DNA from: a virus
Lineage: Duplodnaviria; Caudoviricetes
Direction: 5' to 3' (one strand)
IMG/VR virus record: IMGVR_UViG_3300027892_003173
Coordinates: 1 to 35,284 of that record
Length of the DNA stretch: 35,284 nucleotides
Position 1 is the first letter of the stretch. Each line of letters opens with the position of its first letter. The position numbers were made by a program, and so were the translations under genes. The notes below the pieces were generated by a model. The model was not told the origin of the DNA. It did not search any database and saw nothing but the letters and a program-made list of their open reading frames with translations. Below are positions 34,553-35,284 of the stretch, one piece after another.

Positions 34553-35248
34553 ATGCAAACCGAACCCCACTCCTACCGCGTGCAGCCTGTGACCCGCATG
34601 GACTGCGCGCCGTTTATCCTCGGGATACATTACGCCCGCCGCTGGCCTAGCCTGAGCCACGCCTACGGCCTCTACCGAGACGAAGAGTTGGTCGGGGTGG
34701 TCACCTACGGGACGCCCCCAAGCTCGACCCTCCGCGTGGGCATTGCGGGGGCGGACATGGCCCCGCATGTGCTGGAGCTGAACCGACTTTGCCTGCGTGA
34801 CAATTTAAAGAACGAGGCCAGTCGTCTGGTCGGGGCGAGCCTGAGGCAACTGCCCAAGGGCCGGATCATCGTTTCGTTCGCCGACACCGAGCAGGCTCAC
34901 AAGGGCATCGTGTATCAGGCGTGCTCCTTCACGTATCACGGACTCTCAGCGAAGCGCACCGACTGGAAAATTAAGGGTCGTGAGCACCTGCACGGGCAGA
35001 CCGTGTCGGACGAGTTCCGAGGGCAGGAGAACAGGGCGGCACTCATGCGCGCGAAATACGGCGATGACTTCTTTCTCGCACCCCGTCCACGCAAGCACCG
35101 ATACATCTACCTGACGGGCTCCTCGAAGTGGCGGCGCGAGGCGTATGCAAAAATCAAATACGCAAGAGAGCCGTTCCCAAAGTCTGCACCAACCGAAATC
35201 GTTAGTATTCACAATCTGGATACTCCCAGAGGTCTGGATGCCACCTAA
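34553..35248 (+). CDS. mom: Mom-like GNAT-fold DNA modification enzyme
   Basis: IHYARRWPS..YGL..LVGVVTYGTP..VLELNRL..KNEASRLVG.SLR.L..VSFADTEQAHKGIVYQACSFTYHG, the motif order of phage Mu Mom homologues. Confidence 0.82.
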   Translation: MQTEPHSYRVQPVTRMDCAPFILGIHYARRWPSLSHAYGLYRDEELVGVVTYGTPPSSTLRVGIAGADMAPHVLELNRLCLRDNLKNEASRLVGASLRQLPKGRIIVSFADTEQAHKGIVYQACSFTYHGLSAKRTDWKIKGREHLHGQTVSDEFRGQENRAALMRAKYGDDFFLAPRPRKHRYIYLTGSSKWRREAYAKIKYAREPFPKSAPTEIVSIHNLDTPRGLDAT

Positions 35249-35284
35249 AAATAATTTGAGAATTATCTCGACGCGTGCTCCGGC
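35244..35284 (+). promoter_or_regulatory. promoter/leader cassette copy 3 (cut by the window end)
   Basis: 37 of 41 nt identical to copy 2. Confidence 0.8.

Noticed and set aside
32643-35284. Intergenic repeats as IS ends, att sites or integron attC sites
   Set aside because: No transposase or integrase in the window; the repeats are direct and have promoter/leader architecture.

Overview
A 35-kb fragment of a dsDNA tailed-phage genome with three blocks. (1) 1-16962 (+): virion and ejection genes, including repeat-rich and Cys-rich structural proteins and a 2623-aa polyvalent protein. That protein has an HExxH metallopeptidase followed by effector-like modules (SAM-lyase-like, two ADP-ribosyltransferase-like, one unknown, one HhH-glycosylase-like) bounded by a repeated [F/Y/L]-M-P-A motif. 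(2) 16955-30240 (-): replication and transcription genes (HNH, sigma factor, primase-helicase, two sigma region-4 HTH proteins, family A DNA polymerase, SSB-like protein, Cas4-like exonuclease, glycosyltransferase, SF2 helicase), plus a ~235-nt intergenic multi-stem RNA candidate. (3) 30331-35284 (+): small early-type genes behind a repeated promoter/leader cassette, ending in a Mom-like DNA-modifying GNAT enzyme. The leaders examined lack Shine-Dalgarno sequences and are A/C-rich. All family assignments come from motifs recognised by eye; no searches were run.
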